Shown one piece after another: positions 24,549 to 32,000 of a DNA stretch of 32,000 nt. Each line of letters starts with the position of its first letter. The first letter of the stretch is position 1. Source of the DNA: Pseudodesulfovibrio mercurii. GTDB lineage: Bacteria; Desulfobacterota; Desulfovibrionia; Desulfovibrionales; Desulfovibrionaceae. The DNA lies in the NCBI RefSeq assembly GCF_000189295.2, contig NC_016803.1, positions 390,001 through 422,000 of the forward strand. Reading direction: 5' to 3'. The notes beneath the pieces were generated by a model. The model was given only the letters and a program-made list of their open reading frames with translations. It was not told the origin of the DNA and did not search any database. The position numbers and the translations under genes were made by a program.

Positions 24549-26006
24549 ATGCGCTGGCGCTACGTCCTGCACGTCATCGGGGCGCTGGTGGCCTGCGTGG
24601 GGCTGACCATGGTCCTGCCCCTGGCCTGGGGGCTCTACTACCACGACGGCACGGCCGCGCCCCTGGCCATGTCCATGGGCATCACCGTGGCCCTGGGCGG
24701 GATCGCCTTCCTGGTTTTTCGCGACCGCTCGCACAAGGCGTCCATCATGACCCACCGCGAGGGCATGGCCATCGTGGCGCTGGGTTGGTTCGCGGCCGGG
24801 GCCTTCGGCGGGCTGCCGTTCTACCTGGGCGGGACCTTCGGGTCCGTGGTGGACTGCGTGTTCGAGTCCCTGTCCGGGTTCAGCACCACCGGCTCGTCCG
24901 TGCTGGCCGACATCGAGGCCGTACCGCGCGGGCTGCTCTTCTGGCGCAGCCTGACCCACTGGCTCGGCGGCATGGGCATCATCGTCCTGTCCCTGGCCAT
25001 CCTGCCGTTCCTGGGCGTGGGCGGCATGCAGCTGTACAAGGCCGAGGTGCCGGGGCCGTCCCCGGACAAGCTCAAGCCGCGCATCAAGGACACGGCCATG
25101 ACCCTGTGGAAGGTCTACGTCCTGTTCAGCGCGCTGGAGACCGTGCTGCTCATGTTCGGGGGCATGGACCTGTTCGAGGCCCTGTGCCACACCTTCGGGA
25201 CCATGGCCACGGGCGGGTTCTCCACCCGGAACGCCTCGGTGGCGGGCTTCGACTCCGCCTACATCGACTACGTCATCACCGTGTTCATGCTCATCGCGGG
25301 CGTGAACTTCTCCCTGCACTACCTGGTCCTCAAGTGGAAGCCGTCGGCCATGCTCAAGGACCCGGAATTCCGGGTCTTCGCGGGCATGGTCCTCGTCTTT
25401 GTGGTCATCCTGACCATCACCGTGTACGTGGCCGGGAACTATGACAACCTGGCCGACTCGGTGCGCTACACCTCGTTCCAGGTGGCCTCCATCCTGACCA
25501 CCACCGGGTTCGCCACGGCGGACTACGAGCTGTGGCCCGGCCTGGCCCAGGCCATCCTGCTGTTCTGCATGTTCGTGGGCGGCTGCGCCGGGTCCACGGG
25601 CGGCGGCATGAAGGTCATGCGCATCATGCTGCTCTTCAAGCAGTCCTACCAGGAACTCTTCCGGCTCATCCACCCGCGCTCCGTGTCCCACGTCAAGATG
25701 GGCCGCACCGTGGTCAAGGATGACGTCATCAGCGGCGTCTGGGGCTTCGCCTTCCTGTGGGTGGGGCTGCTGGTCCTGGCCGCCTTCGTGGTCGCGGCCA
25801 CCGGCGTGGACGTGGTCACCTCCTTTGCCGCCTCCCTGGCCTGCATCGGCAACATCGGTCCCGGCATCGGCGGGGTAGGGCCCACGGACAACTTCGCCTG
25901 GATGCCGGACGCGGCCAAGTGGGTCCTGACCTTCTGCATGGTCCTGGGGCGGCTGGAAATCTACACCGTCATCATCCTCTTCGTGCCCGAGTTCTGGCGC
26001 AAGTAG
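24549..26006 (+). CDS. trkH: Trk potassium uptake system membrane subunit TrkH
   Basis: 485 aa, polytopic, with four filter-like glycine motifs (GFSTTGS, GGFSTRN, TTTGFAT, GSTGGGMK). The start abuts the trkA stop (TAGATG). Confidence 0.92.
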   Translation: MRWRYVLHVIGALVACVGLTMVLPLAWGLYYHDGTAAPLAMSMGITVALGGIAFLVFRDRSHKASIMTHREGMAIVALGWFAAGAFGGLPFYLGGTFGSVVDCVFESLSGFSTTGSSVLADIEAVPRGLLFWRSLTHWLGGMGIIVLSLAILPFLGVGGMQLYKAEVPGPSPDKLKPRIKDTAMTLWKVYVLFSALETVLLMFGGMDLFEALCHTFGTMATGGFSTRNASVAGFDSAYIDYVITVFMLIAGVNFSLHYLVLKWKPSAMLKDPEFRVFAGMVLVFVVILTITVYVAGNYDNLADSVRYTSFQVASILTTTGFATADYELWPGLAQAILLFCMFVGGCAGSTGGGMKVMRIMLLFKQSYQELFRLIHPRSVSHVKMGRTVVKDDVISGVWGFAFLWVGLLVLAAFVVAATGVDVVTSFAASLACIGNIGPGIGGVGPTDNFAWMPDAAKWVLTFCMVLGRLEIYTVIILFVPEFWRK

Positions 26007-26389
26007 CCCGTAGCGGGCGGTCCCTCCATCGCATCATCTGTGGGGCGCGATCCGGCGAAAACGGCCTGTCCGGAGCGGGTGGGCCGCGTTGTGTCGTCTG
26101 CTCCGAGCGGGTCAGGAGCATCCCGTGCTGCCGCCTCCGGGCGGCCTGCCGTCTCGTTGGCCGCGCACTGGTGGGTCCGGGCCGCGCCAGGACGGAAAAA
26201 GTCCGTCATTTCGGGCCGAAAGCGGGGGTGGAAAAGTCTCAAGATTCTCTAGACTTTTTCCAGACTCGTTGTCCCGCAACGATTTGCCGGCGATTGATCG
26301 GGGGGAGGCCTGGTTGCCGGGCGGGAGCGCGGTGCGGGCGCTAAGGGCTACAGCGGGAGGCGAATCGGCGGCCGGAATGAGTGAATAAT

Positions 26390-26575
26390 GGTCGGGAAAA
26401 GGGGGAGTTGAGGGTGTTGTCCCAGGGATGGCGGGGGCGAATTTCTGGGGTGCGCCGGTGTGATCGGCGGGTTGGGGGAAGAAGGGAATTTGCGGGGAGT
26501 GGCGGACCTGGATTTGTGGTGGGAGGGGGGGATCTCGGCGGAGGGCGCAAGGGCTTGATCCGGGGAACGGAGGTG
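26390..26575. other. Non-coding tract that is strongly G-rich and C-poor on the + strand
   Basis: My hand count over about 180 nt gives roughly half G and about one-seventh C on the + strand (approximate). There are many G3-G7 runs. No ORF here has native-looking codon usage. Function unknown. Confidence 0.6.
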
Positions 26576-26666
26576 CCCCTTGCCGGGCCGCGCCGACGAA
26601 ACGGCCCGCGTCGTCCGGGTGGGACGGCGCGGGCCGGAAGGGTCGTTGTTCACGTCCGGGGACGGC

Positions 26667-28253
26667 CTAGTCGATGCGGTAGTGGCACCCCTTGGTCTCC
26701 TTGTTGCGCAGGGCGGACAAGGTGATGATGTAGGCCGTCTGGGAGCCGTGGAAGAGGTCGATGATGGACTTGCTCAACTCGGTCTCGCGGTAGAAGTCCT
26801 GGAGGTTCTTGGTCAGCTTGCGCAGGTCCACGAAGGCGCGGTTGAGCCGGTTGCTCGAACGGGCCACGCCCACGTAGTTCCACATGGTGTTGCGGATGTT
26901 GGACCAGTCCTGGGCGATCAGGGCCGGGTCCTCGTCGCGGATGCCGTGGGGCACCCAGTCCGGGATGGCGTCCAGGAGCTTGCGGGACAGGCCCGAGGTC
27001 CGGTTCAGGCGCATGGCCATGTCGTGTCCGGCGGAGTGGCCCCAGAGCATGCCTTCGAGCAGCGAGGTGCTGGCCAGCCGGTTGGCGCCGTGCACACCGG
27101 TGCAGCTGCATTCCCCGGCCGCGTAAAGCTGGTCCAGGGTGGTCCGGGCGCGGGAGTCCACCAGGATGCCGCCGCAGAAGTAGTGGGCGGCCGGGACCAC
27201 GGGGACCGGGTCCGAGGCCATGTTCAGGCCCATCTTGCGGCAGCGCTCGGAGATGGTCGGAAAGCGCTTGTCCACGTCCTGCTTGATCCCGGAGCAGTCC
27301 AGGTACACGGAGTCGTCGTCCGTGGTCAGCATCTCGTCCATGATCGCCCTGGTGACGATGTCGCGGGGGGCCAGGTCGGCGCGCGGATCGTAGCGGGGCA
27401 TGAAGCGCTCGCCGTCCTTGTTGACCAGGACCGCGCCCTCGCCGCGCACGGCCTCGGAGACCAGGAAGCGGCGTTCGCCGCGCTTGGTCCCGCCGTACAG
27501 GGCCGTGGGATGGAACTGGACGTATTCGCAGTTCATCAGCCGGGCGCCCGCGCGATGGGCCATGGCCAGGCCCGAGCCGATGGAGCCGGGGGTGTTGGTG
27601 GTGTGCAGGTAGATCTGTCCGATGCCGCCGGTGGCCAGCATGGTGTACTTGGACAGGATGGTCTCGACCTTGCCCACCTGGTCGTTGAAGACGTAGGCCC
27701 CCACGCACTGGTTGGACAGGTCGTACTTGAAGTCCAGGTGCCGGGCGTGGTGCTGGGTGGTCAACAGGTCGATGGCCGTGCGCTGGGTCAGCACGCGGAT
27801 GTTCGGGTGCTTCTCCACGGCGTCGGCCAGGACGTCCATGATGTTCCGGCCCGTGTGGTCGTCGCAGTAGAGGATGCGGGGCATGGAGTGCCCGCCCTCG
27901 CGGGTCAGGTACCAGTCGCCGGGTTTACGCTGGTTGAAGGGAATCTTGTACTTTTCGAGAAAGAGTTCCTTCAGCACTTCCGGTCCCTTGCGGGCGATGA
28001 AGCGCACGGCGCGGGTGTAGTTGTGCTTCCAGCCCGCGGTCAGGATGTCCTTTTCCAGGATCTTGGGGTCGTCGTGCTCGTTGCGGTAGACGATGCCCCC
28101 CTGGGCAAGGGAGGTGTTGCCGGTTTTCAGGTCGGCCCCGGCAGTAATGAGGATGACGTCGCGCCCCTGGTCGGCCAGGGTGAGGGCGGCTACGGAACCG
28201 GCGATGCCGGAACCGATGATCAACGCGTCGGATTGCAGGCGAAAATTGTTCAT
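26667..28253 (-). CDS. nadB: L-aspartate oxidase
   Basis: FAD-binding DALIIGSGIAGSVAAL near the N-terminus and a HYFCGGI motif, fumarate-reductase/succinate-dehydrogenase flavoprotein family. I prefer the ATG at 28253 (MNNFRLQSD); a TTG lies at 28289. Confidence 0.92.
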   Translation of the reverse strand: MNNFRLQSDALIIGSGIAGSVAALTLADQGRDVILITAGADLKTGNTSLAQGGIVYRNEHDDPKILEKDILTAGWKHNYTRAVRFIARKGPEVLKELFLEKYKIPFNQRKPGDWYLTREGGHSMPRILYCDDHTGRNIMDVLADAVEKHPNIRVLTQRTAIDLLTTQHHARHLDFKYDLSNQCVGAYVFNDQVGKVETILSKYTMLATGGIGQIYLHTTNTPGSIGSGLAMAHRAGARLMNCEYVQFHPTALYGGTKRGERRFLVSEAVRGEGAVLVNKDGERFMPRYDPRADLAPRDIVTRAIMDEMLTTDDDSVYLDCSGIKQDVDKRFPTISERCRKMGLNMASDPVPVVPAAHYFCGGILVDSRARTTLDQLYAAGECSCTGVHGANRLASTSLLEGMLWGHSAGHDMAMRLNRTSGLSRKLLDAIPDWVPHGIRDEDPALIAQDWSNIRNTMWNYVGVARSSNRLNRAFVDLRKLTKNLQDFYRETELSKSIIDLFHGSQTAYIITLSALRNKETKGCHYRID

Positions 28254-28279
28254 GGCCAAGGGTGTAGCACCATGTCCGC

Positions 28280-29320
28280 CTAGGAGCAAACGGCGAGCAT
28301 GCGGTCCAGGGCCAGCTTGGCGGGCTCCTTCACGGCGTTGCTCACCGTGACGGGCGCGGCGGTGTCTAGGGTTTCAAGGGTGCGCGCGAGGTTCTCCAGG
28401 GTGGTCTTGCCCATGTCCTCGCACAGGGCGGTGCGCAGCGGCCGGATGGTCTTGCAGCCCGCGTACTTTGCGGCCAGCCGTTTGACCAGGTTCTCCTCGG
28501 TGCCGATGTACACCGTGGAACCGGCCGGGGCCTCGTCCGCGTAACGGATCAGGAAGGTGGTGGAGCCGTTGCCGTCCACGGCCCGGACAATGGCCGGGTC
28601 GCACTCGGGGTGGACCACGATCTTGGCCTCGGGCTCGTTCTCGCGGATGGCGCGCACGGCCTCCAGGGTGAACTCCACGTGGACCGGGCAGTAGCCGGGC
28701 CAGAGGATGAGCTTTTTGCCCTCGGCGTCCTCGGGATTGACGGCCAGGGCCGGGTCGCCGTGGATGACGTCGCGGGGCAGGAGCAGGCGCTGGTCCTCGG
28801 GGATGCCGAGCACGTCGCCGGTGTTGTTGCCCAGGTGCTGGTCGGGCAGGAAGAGCACGGCGTCGCCCTGGTTCAGGGCCCATTCGAGCATGACCCTGGC
28901 GTTGGCAGAGGTGCAGACCGAGCCGCCATGCTCGCCGACCACGCCCTTCACGGCGGCCGAGGAGTTGACGTAGGTCAGGGGCACGATCTTCCGGCCGCTC
29001 TCGCCGAGGATGGCCAGGGTCTTGCGCACGCGGCCCGCCTCGGCCATGTCGGCCATGGGGCAGGTGGCGGTGGCGTCCGGGATGTGGATCTTCTGGCCGG
29101 GGCGGGCCAGGATGGCCGCGGATTCGGCCATGAAATAGACCCCGCAGAAGACCACGTGCTCGGCGCTCAGGCCGTTGATCTTGCGGGCCAGCTCCAGGGA
29201 GTCGCCGCGGATGTCCGTGCAGTCGATGACCTCGTCGGACTGGTAGTGGTGGCCGAGAATGGCCAGGGAGTCGCCCCGTTCGTCCTTGATCCGGAAAATG
29301 GTTTCCTTGGCGTTTTCCAC
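28280..29320 (-). CDS. nadA: Quinolinate synthase
   Basis: The C-terminal 346 aa of ORF 28280..30232 carry LAILGHHYQ, TCPMADMA, YCPVH and VHPEC. GTG at 29320 lies 5 nt after GAGGA. The upstream part of that ORF is an out-of-frame shadow over nadC. Confidence 0.9.
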   Translation of the reverse strand: MENAKETIFRIKDERGDSLAILGHHYQSDEVIDCTDIRGDSLELARKINGLSAEHVVFCGVYFMAESAAILARPGQKIHIPDATATCPMADMAEAGRVRKTLAILGESGRKIVPLTYVNSSAAVKGVVGEHGGSVCTSANARVMLEWALNQGDAVLFLPDQHLGNNTGDVLGIPEDQRLLLPRDVIHGDPALAVNPEDAEGKKLILWPGYCPVHVEFTLEAVRAIRENEPEAKIVVHPECDPAIVRAVDGNGSTTFLIRYADEAPAGSTVYIGTEENLVKRLAAKYAGCKTIRPLRTALCEDMGKTTLENLARTLETLDTAAPVTVSNAVKEPAKLALDRMLAVCS

Positions 29321-29334
29321 AGTGTTCCTCGTTA

Positions 29335-30213
29335 TCACAACGGCACGAATTGCATACTGAAATCGGAACTGGGCGCGGAGTGGGTCAGCTTGCCCACGGA
29401 GATGTAGTCCGGTCCGAGTTCGGCAATGTCGCGGATGGTTTCCAGGGAGACGTTGCCGCTGATTTCCGTCTCGATGGCGTCGGGGATCATGGACAGGGCG
29501 GTCCGGGCGGTCTCGGCGTCCATGTTGTCGAGCATGATCCGCTGCACGTCCAGCTTGGAGGTCTCCTTGACGTCGTCCAGGGTCCGGCACTCCACCTCGA
29601 TGGGCGGGCAGGGCGAGAGGACGGTCCGGAGCTGGCGCACGGCCTCGGTGATGGACCCGGCCCGGTCGATGTGGTTGTCCTTGAGCATGAGCATGTCGGA
29701 CAGGGTCAGGCGGTGATTCCTGCCGCCCCCGGCCAGGACCGCGTACTTTTCGGGAAAGCGCAGGCCGGGAAGGGTCTTGCGCGTGTCGAGCAGGGTGGTC
29801 TTGGTGCCCTTGAGGGCCTCCACGTATCGCGCGGTCAGGTTGGCGACGCCGGACAGATGGCAGAGGAAGTTGAGCATGACCCGTTCGGCCTTGAGCAGCT
29901 GAATGGCCGGGCCCTGGATGGCCGCGACCATGGTCCCCTCGGACACGGTCTCGCCGTCGTCCACGTTGAGGTGCGCCTGGCACTCCTTGCCGCCGAATTC
30001 GAGCACGAGCGGGATGATCGGCAGCCCGGCCACGACGGTGCGCTGTTTGGCCACGATCAGGGCCTGGGCCATGTCGGACTCGGTGAACAGCCCCTGGCTG
30101 GTCAGGTCCGAGCCGTCCTCGGCCAGAGCTATGCGGATGGTGGCCAGCAGGAACATCCTGGCCTCGGCCTGGAAAAAGTCGTCGAAAAGGTTGGTGGGCA
30201 TGGTTGCATCCAT
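29335..30213 (-). CDS. nadC: Nicotinate-nucleotide diphosphorylase (carboxylating), i.e. quinolinate phosphoribosyltransferase
   Basis: 292 aa with LDTRKTLPGLR, MLKDNH and IMLDNM motifs typical of NadC. Confidence 0.92.
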   Translation of the reverse strand: MDATMPTNLFDDFFQAEARMFLLATIRIALAEDGSDLTSQGLFTESDMAQALIVAKQRTVVAGLPIIPLVLEFGGKECQAHLNVDDGETVSEGTMVAAIQGPAIQLLKAERVMLNFLCHLSGVANLTARYVEALKGTKTTLLDTRKTLPGLRFPEKYAVLAGGGRNHRLTLSDMLMLKDNHIDRAGSITEAVRQLRTVLSPCPPIEVECRTLDDVKETSKLDVQRIMLDNMDAETARTALSMIPDAIETEISGNVSLETIRDIAELGPDYISVGKLTHSAPSSDFSMQFVPL

Positions 30214-30279
30214 ATATTTGCAGGGTGATCAAGGGAAGTAAGGCACGCGGGGGCGTTCGTCAAGAGCCGTCGGGGTTGA

Positions 30280-30291
30280 TGAAATATTTCA
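30280..30291. promoter_or_regulatory. Perfect 12-bp palindrome in the nadC/mgtE divergent promoter region (candidate operator)
   Basis: TGAAATATTTCA is its own reverse complement. It sits in the most AT-rich part of the 147-bp intergenic region. Confidence 0.35.
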
Positions 30292-30360
30292 CATTAATAT
30301 CACGTTGCCGAAGTTCGATTTCTTTGACCTGGAGCTGGATTTGAGCTAGGTATCCAGCCC

Positions 30361-31695
30361 ATGAGCGTGAAAGAGGAATACACCCCTCGCCCCGACGAGG
30401 AACTGGACGACATGGCCGCCGTGGACTTCGAATCGCAGCATCCTGCGGATGCCGCCGAGACGATCGAAGGGCTGGACATCGCCGATCAGGTCAAGTTCAT
30501 CAAGCAGCTGCCCATCAAGGACGCGGCCGAATCCATCGCGGAGATGGACGACCTCGACCAGAAGGCGCTCATCAGCAGCCTGAACCGGGGGCTGGCCGCC
30601 CGCATCGTCGAGGAGATGGCCCCGGACGATGCCACCGACCTCCTCGACGGCCTGTCCGACGACCTCCAGAAGGCCCTGCTCAGCCGCGTGGCCGCCGAGG
30701 ATCGCGCGGAGCTCAAGACCCTGCTGACCTTCGACCCGGACACCGCGGGCGGCGTCATGAACACCGAGGTGGTCATCCTCGACCAGGACCTGAACGCGGA
30801 CGAGGCCGTGGCCAAGATCCGCGAGGAGGTCGAGGACAAGGAGATCCCGTACTACGCCTACCTGGTGGACAAGAAGGACCGGCTGGTGGGCGTGCTCTCT
30901 TTGCGCGACCTGCTGCTGGCCAAGCGCGGCAGCCACCTGCGGGACCTGGTCAAGACCCAGAACCTCATTTCCGTTGGCTACAACGTGGACAAGGAAGAGG
31001 TCGCCCACCTCATCGCCCACTACAATTTCCTGGCCCTGCCCGTGGTCGATTTCGGCAACCGGCTGCTCGGCGTGGTCACGGTCGACGACGTCATCGACAT
31101 CATCCACGAAGAGGCCTCCGAGGACATGCAGGCCATGGTCGGCGCGGGCGCGGACGAGACCACGGACTCCCCGTGGCTCTATTCCCTGCGCATGCGCCTG
31201 CCCTGGCTGATCCTCAACGTCATCTTCTCGGCCGTCTCGGCCTGGGTGGTCCATCTGTTCGAGGGCAACATCGCCCAGATGGCGGTGCTGGCCGTGCTCA
31301 TGCCCGTTGTCGCCAACCAGGCGGGCAACACCGGGCAGCAGGCCCTGGCGGTCATGATCCGCCAGCTGGCCATGGAGCGTTTCGACCGCAAGCGCGCCTG
31401 GATCGCCGTGCTGCGCGAGCTGCGCATCGGGTTCGTCAACGGGATGATCATCTCCACCCTGGTCTTCTGCGCGGTCCTGCTGGTCACGCACAAGGTGCTC
31501 CTGGCCTCGGTCATGGGCGCGGCCCTGTGGGTGGACATGCTCCTGGGCGCACTGGCCGGCGGGTCCATTCCGCTGCTCCTCAAGGAGTTGGGGCGCGACC
31601 CGGCCCAGGCCTCGAGCATCTTCCTGACGACCATCACGGACTCCATGGGGTTCCTGGTCCTCCTCGGCCTGGCCGGGCTGGTCCTGCTGCACTGA
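30361..31695 (+). CDS. mgtE: Magnesium transporter MgtE
   Basis: MgtE_N region, CBS pair (VMNTEVVILDQD..., LALPVVDFGNRLLGVVTVDDVIDII), and a 5-TM C-terminal domain with ANQAGNTGQQ. An alternative ATG at 30412 lies 9 nt after GAGGAA. Confidence 0.92.
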   Translation: MSVKEEYTPRPDEELDDMAAVDFESQHPADAAETIEGLDIADQVKFIKQLPIKDAAESIAEMDDLDQKALISSLNRGLAARIVEEMAPDDATDLLDGLSDDLQKALLSRVAAEDRAELKTLLTFDPDTAGGVMNTEVVILDQDLNADEAVAKIREEVEDKEIPYYAYLVDKKDRLVGVLSLRDLLLAKRGSHLRDLVKTQNLISVGYNVDKEEVAHLIAHYNFLALPVVDFGNRLLGVVTVDDVIDIIHEEASEDMQAMVGAGADETTDSPWLYSLRMRLPWLILNVIFSAVSAWVVHLFEGNIAQMAVLAVLMPVVANQAGNTGQQALAVMIRQLAMERFDRKRAWIAVLRELRIGFVNGMIISTLVFCAVLLVTHKVLLASVMGAALWVDMLLGALAGGSIPLLLKELGRDPAQASSIFLTTITDSMGFLVLLGLAGLVLLH

Positions 31696-31864
31696 GCCCG
31701 ACGGCTGCGCCGGAGCGGATCACGCTGCGCAGCATGAGGAAATCGCGCAGAAGGCGCATGCCGGGGCGCAAGGGGATGGCCCTGCCCGCCGAAGGGGAAT
31801 CACCCGACAAACGCCGCGAAGCGGCTTCCCCTTCCGATTTCACCGATGAGAGCACAACACCAAT

Positions 31865-31900
31865 AAAAGGGGCGCACCGGATATCCGGTGCGCCCCTTTT
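31865..31900. terminator. Bidirectional intrinsic terminator
   Basis: AAAAGGGGCGCACCGG-ATAT-CCGGTGCGCCCCTTTT is a perfect 16-bp arm that includes A/T tracts on both sides, with extra T's downstream. Confidence 0.8.
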
Positions 31901-31920
31901 TTCGTTGATTCCCGTGTTCG

Positions 31921-32000
31921 TCAGTCCAGGCCGAGGGAGGCGAGGAGGTCGTCCACGTCGCCCTGGTTGGTCCCTTCGGACGGGCCCTGGAGCTTGGAGG
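31921..32000 (-). CDS. 3' end of an unidentified minus-strand gene (partial, continues past the right edge)
   Basis: My translation gives ...SKLQGPSEGTNQGDVDDLLASLGLD, then TGA (complement of 31921-31923). Codon choice is native-looking, GC-ending. It lies just upstream of the bidirectional terminator. 26 codons are too few to name a family. Confidence 0.4.
   Translation of the reverse strand, partial: SKLQGPSEGTNQGDVDDLLASLGLD

Noticed and set aside
23160-25691. 843-aa minus-strand ORF, and the 488-aa + strand ORF 23978..25444
   Set aside because: They are antisense or out of frame to trkA and trkH, with shadow composition.
26425-26575. Possible CRISPR array suggested by the roughly 36-bp periodicity
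   Set aside because: The repeat units are only about 60% identical, there are no conserved repeat/unique spacer alternations, and there are no cas genes. It is not a CRISPR.
26341-26653. Pro-rich minus-strand ORFs (69 and 101 aa) and the + strand 114-aa ORF in the G-rich tract
   Set aside because: Their composition simply mirrors the G/C skew. They use codons that real genes here avoid (aaa, caa, aga, agg, aat, att). No SD and no recognisable domain.
26580-28283. 567-aa + strand ORF, and the 352-aa minus-strand ORF 26650..27708
   Set aside because: They are antisense or out of frame to nadB (FAD motif and flavoprotein signatures are in the 26667..28253 frame).
29321-30232. N-terminal 300 aa or so of the 650-aa ORF 28280..30232 (apparent NadA fusion), and the 292-aa + strand ORF 29350..30228
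   Set aside because: This stretch is covered by nadC in another frame with clear NadC motifs. The extension is Arg/Pro/Gly-rich. NadA has its own GTG at 29320 with a GAGGA Shine-Dalgarno.
30214-30360. M-box Mg2+ riboswitch upstream of mgtE
   Set aside because: The leader is too short and I could not find the conserved M-box helices or motifs. An Infernal scan should confirm this.
30346-31692. 448-aa minus-strand ORF
   Set aside because: It is antisense to mgtE, with shadow composition.
31731-32000. Open + strand frame starting at the ATG near 31731 and running to the window end
   Set aside because: It reads straight through the bidirectional terminator and antisense to the right-edge gene. 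It begins with a rare-codon, Arg-rich stretch (agg aaa tcg cgc aga agg).

Overview
High-GC bacterial chromosomal segment. Gene content and order look like a sulfate-reducing, Desulfovibrionaceae-like deltaproteobacterium; this is inferred from protein families, not from a search. I support about 30 protein genes, nearly all core housekeeping. Minus strand, left end: a tight block pdxJ-acpS-nnr-CBS-tsaE-lysC (lysC runs off the left edge and is absent from the ORF track). Plus strand: ugd, orphan cheW, mfd, two SurA/parvulin-like periplasmic proteins, rodZ, recO, glyQ, glyS, rpsT, an orphan TupA-like binding protein. Next comes a minus-strand Crp/Fnr regulator, divergent from a four-gene redox operon: a polytopic NapH-like Fe-S membrane protein, an FrdX-like ferredoxin, a cupin and a small siroheme sulfite/nitrite-reductase-like protein. 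Then trkA-trkH, a 660-bp gene-free region, nadC-nadA-nadB (minus strand), mgtE, and a partial minus-strand CDS at the right edge. I saw no rRNA, tRNA, CRISPR array, transposase, integrase, phage or defence genes. Many long ORFs in the six-frame track are GC-driven shadow ORFs (Arg/Gly/Pro/Ala-rich, antisense or out of frame to recognisable genes) and were rejected. Several real genes appear to use GTG or TTG starts (tsaE, nadA, the SurA-like gene, rpsT, the Crp/Fnr gene). The window is mostly ordinary core genome. The two regions most worth a second look are (i) the regulator plus Fe-S/siroheme operon at 19.0-23.0 kb, with an FNR-type box in its promoter, and (ii) the 660-bp convergent intergenic region at 26.0-26.7 kb, which has an extreme G/C strand skew. 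All functional calls rest on motif recognition by eye; no database search was possible.
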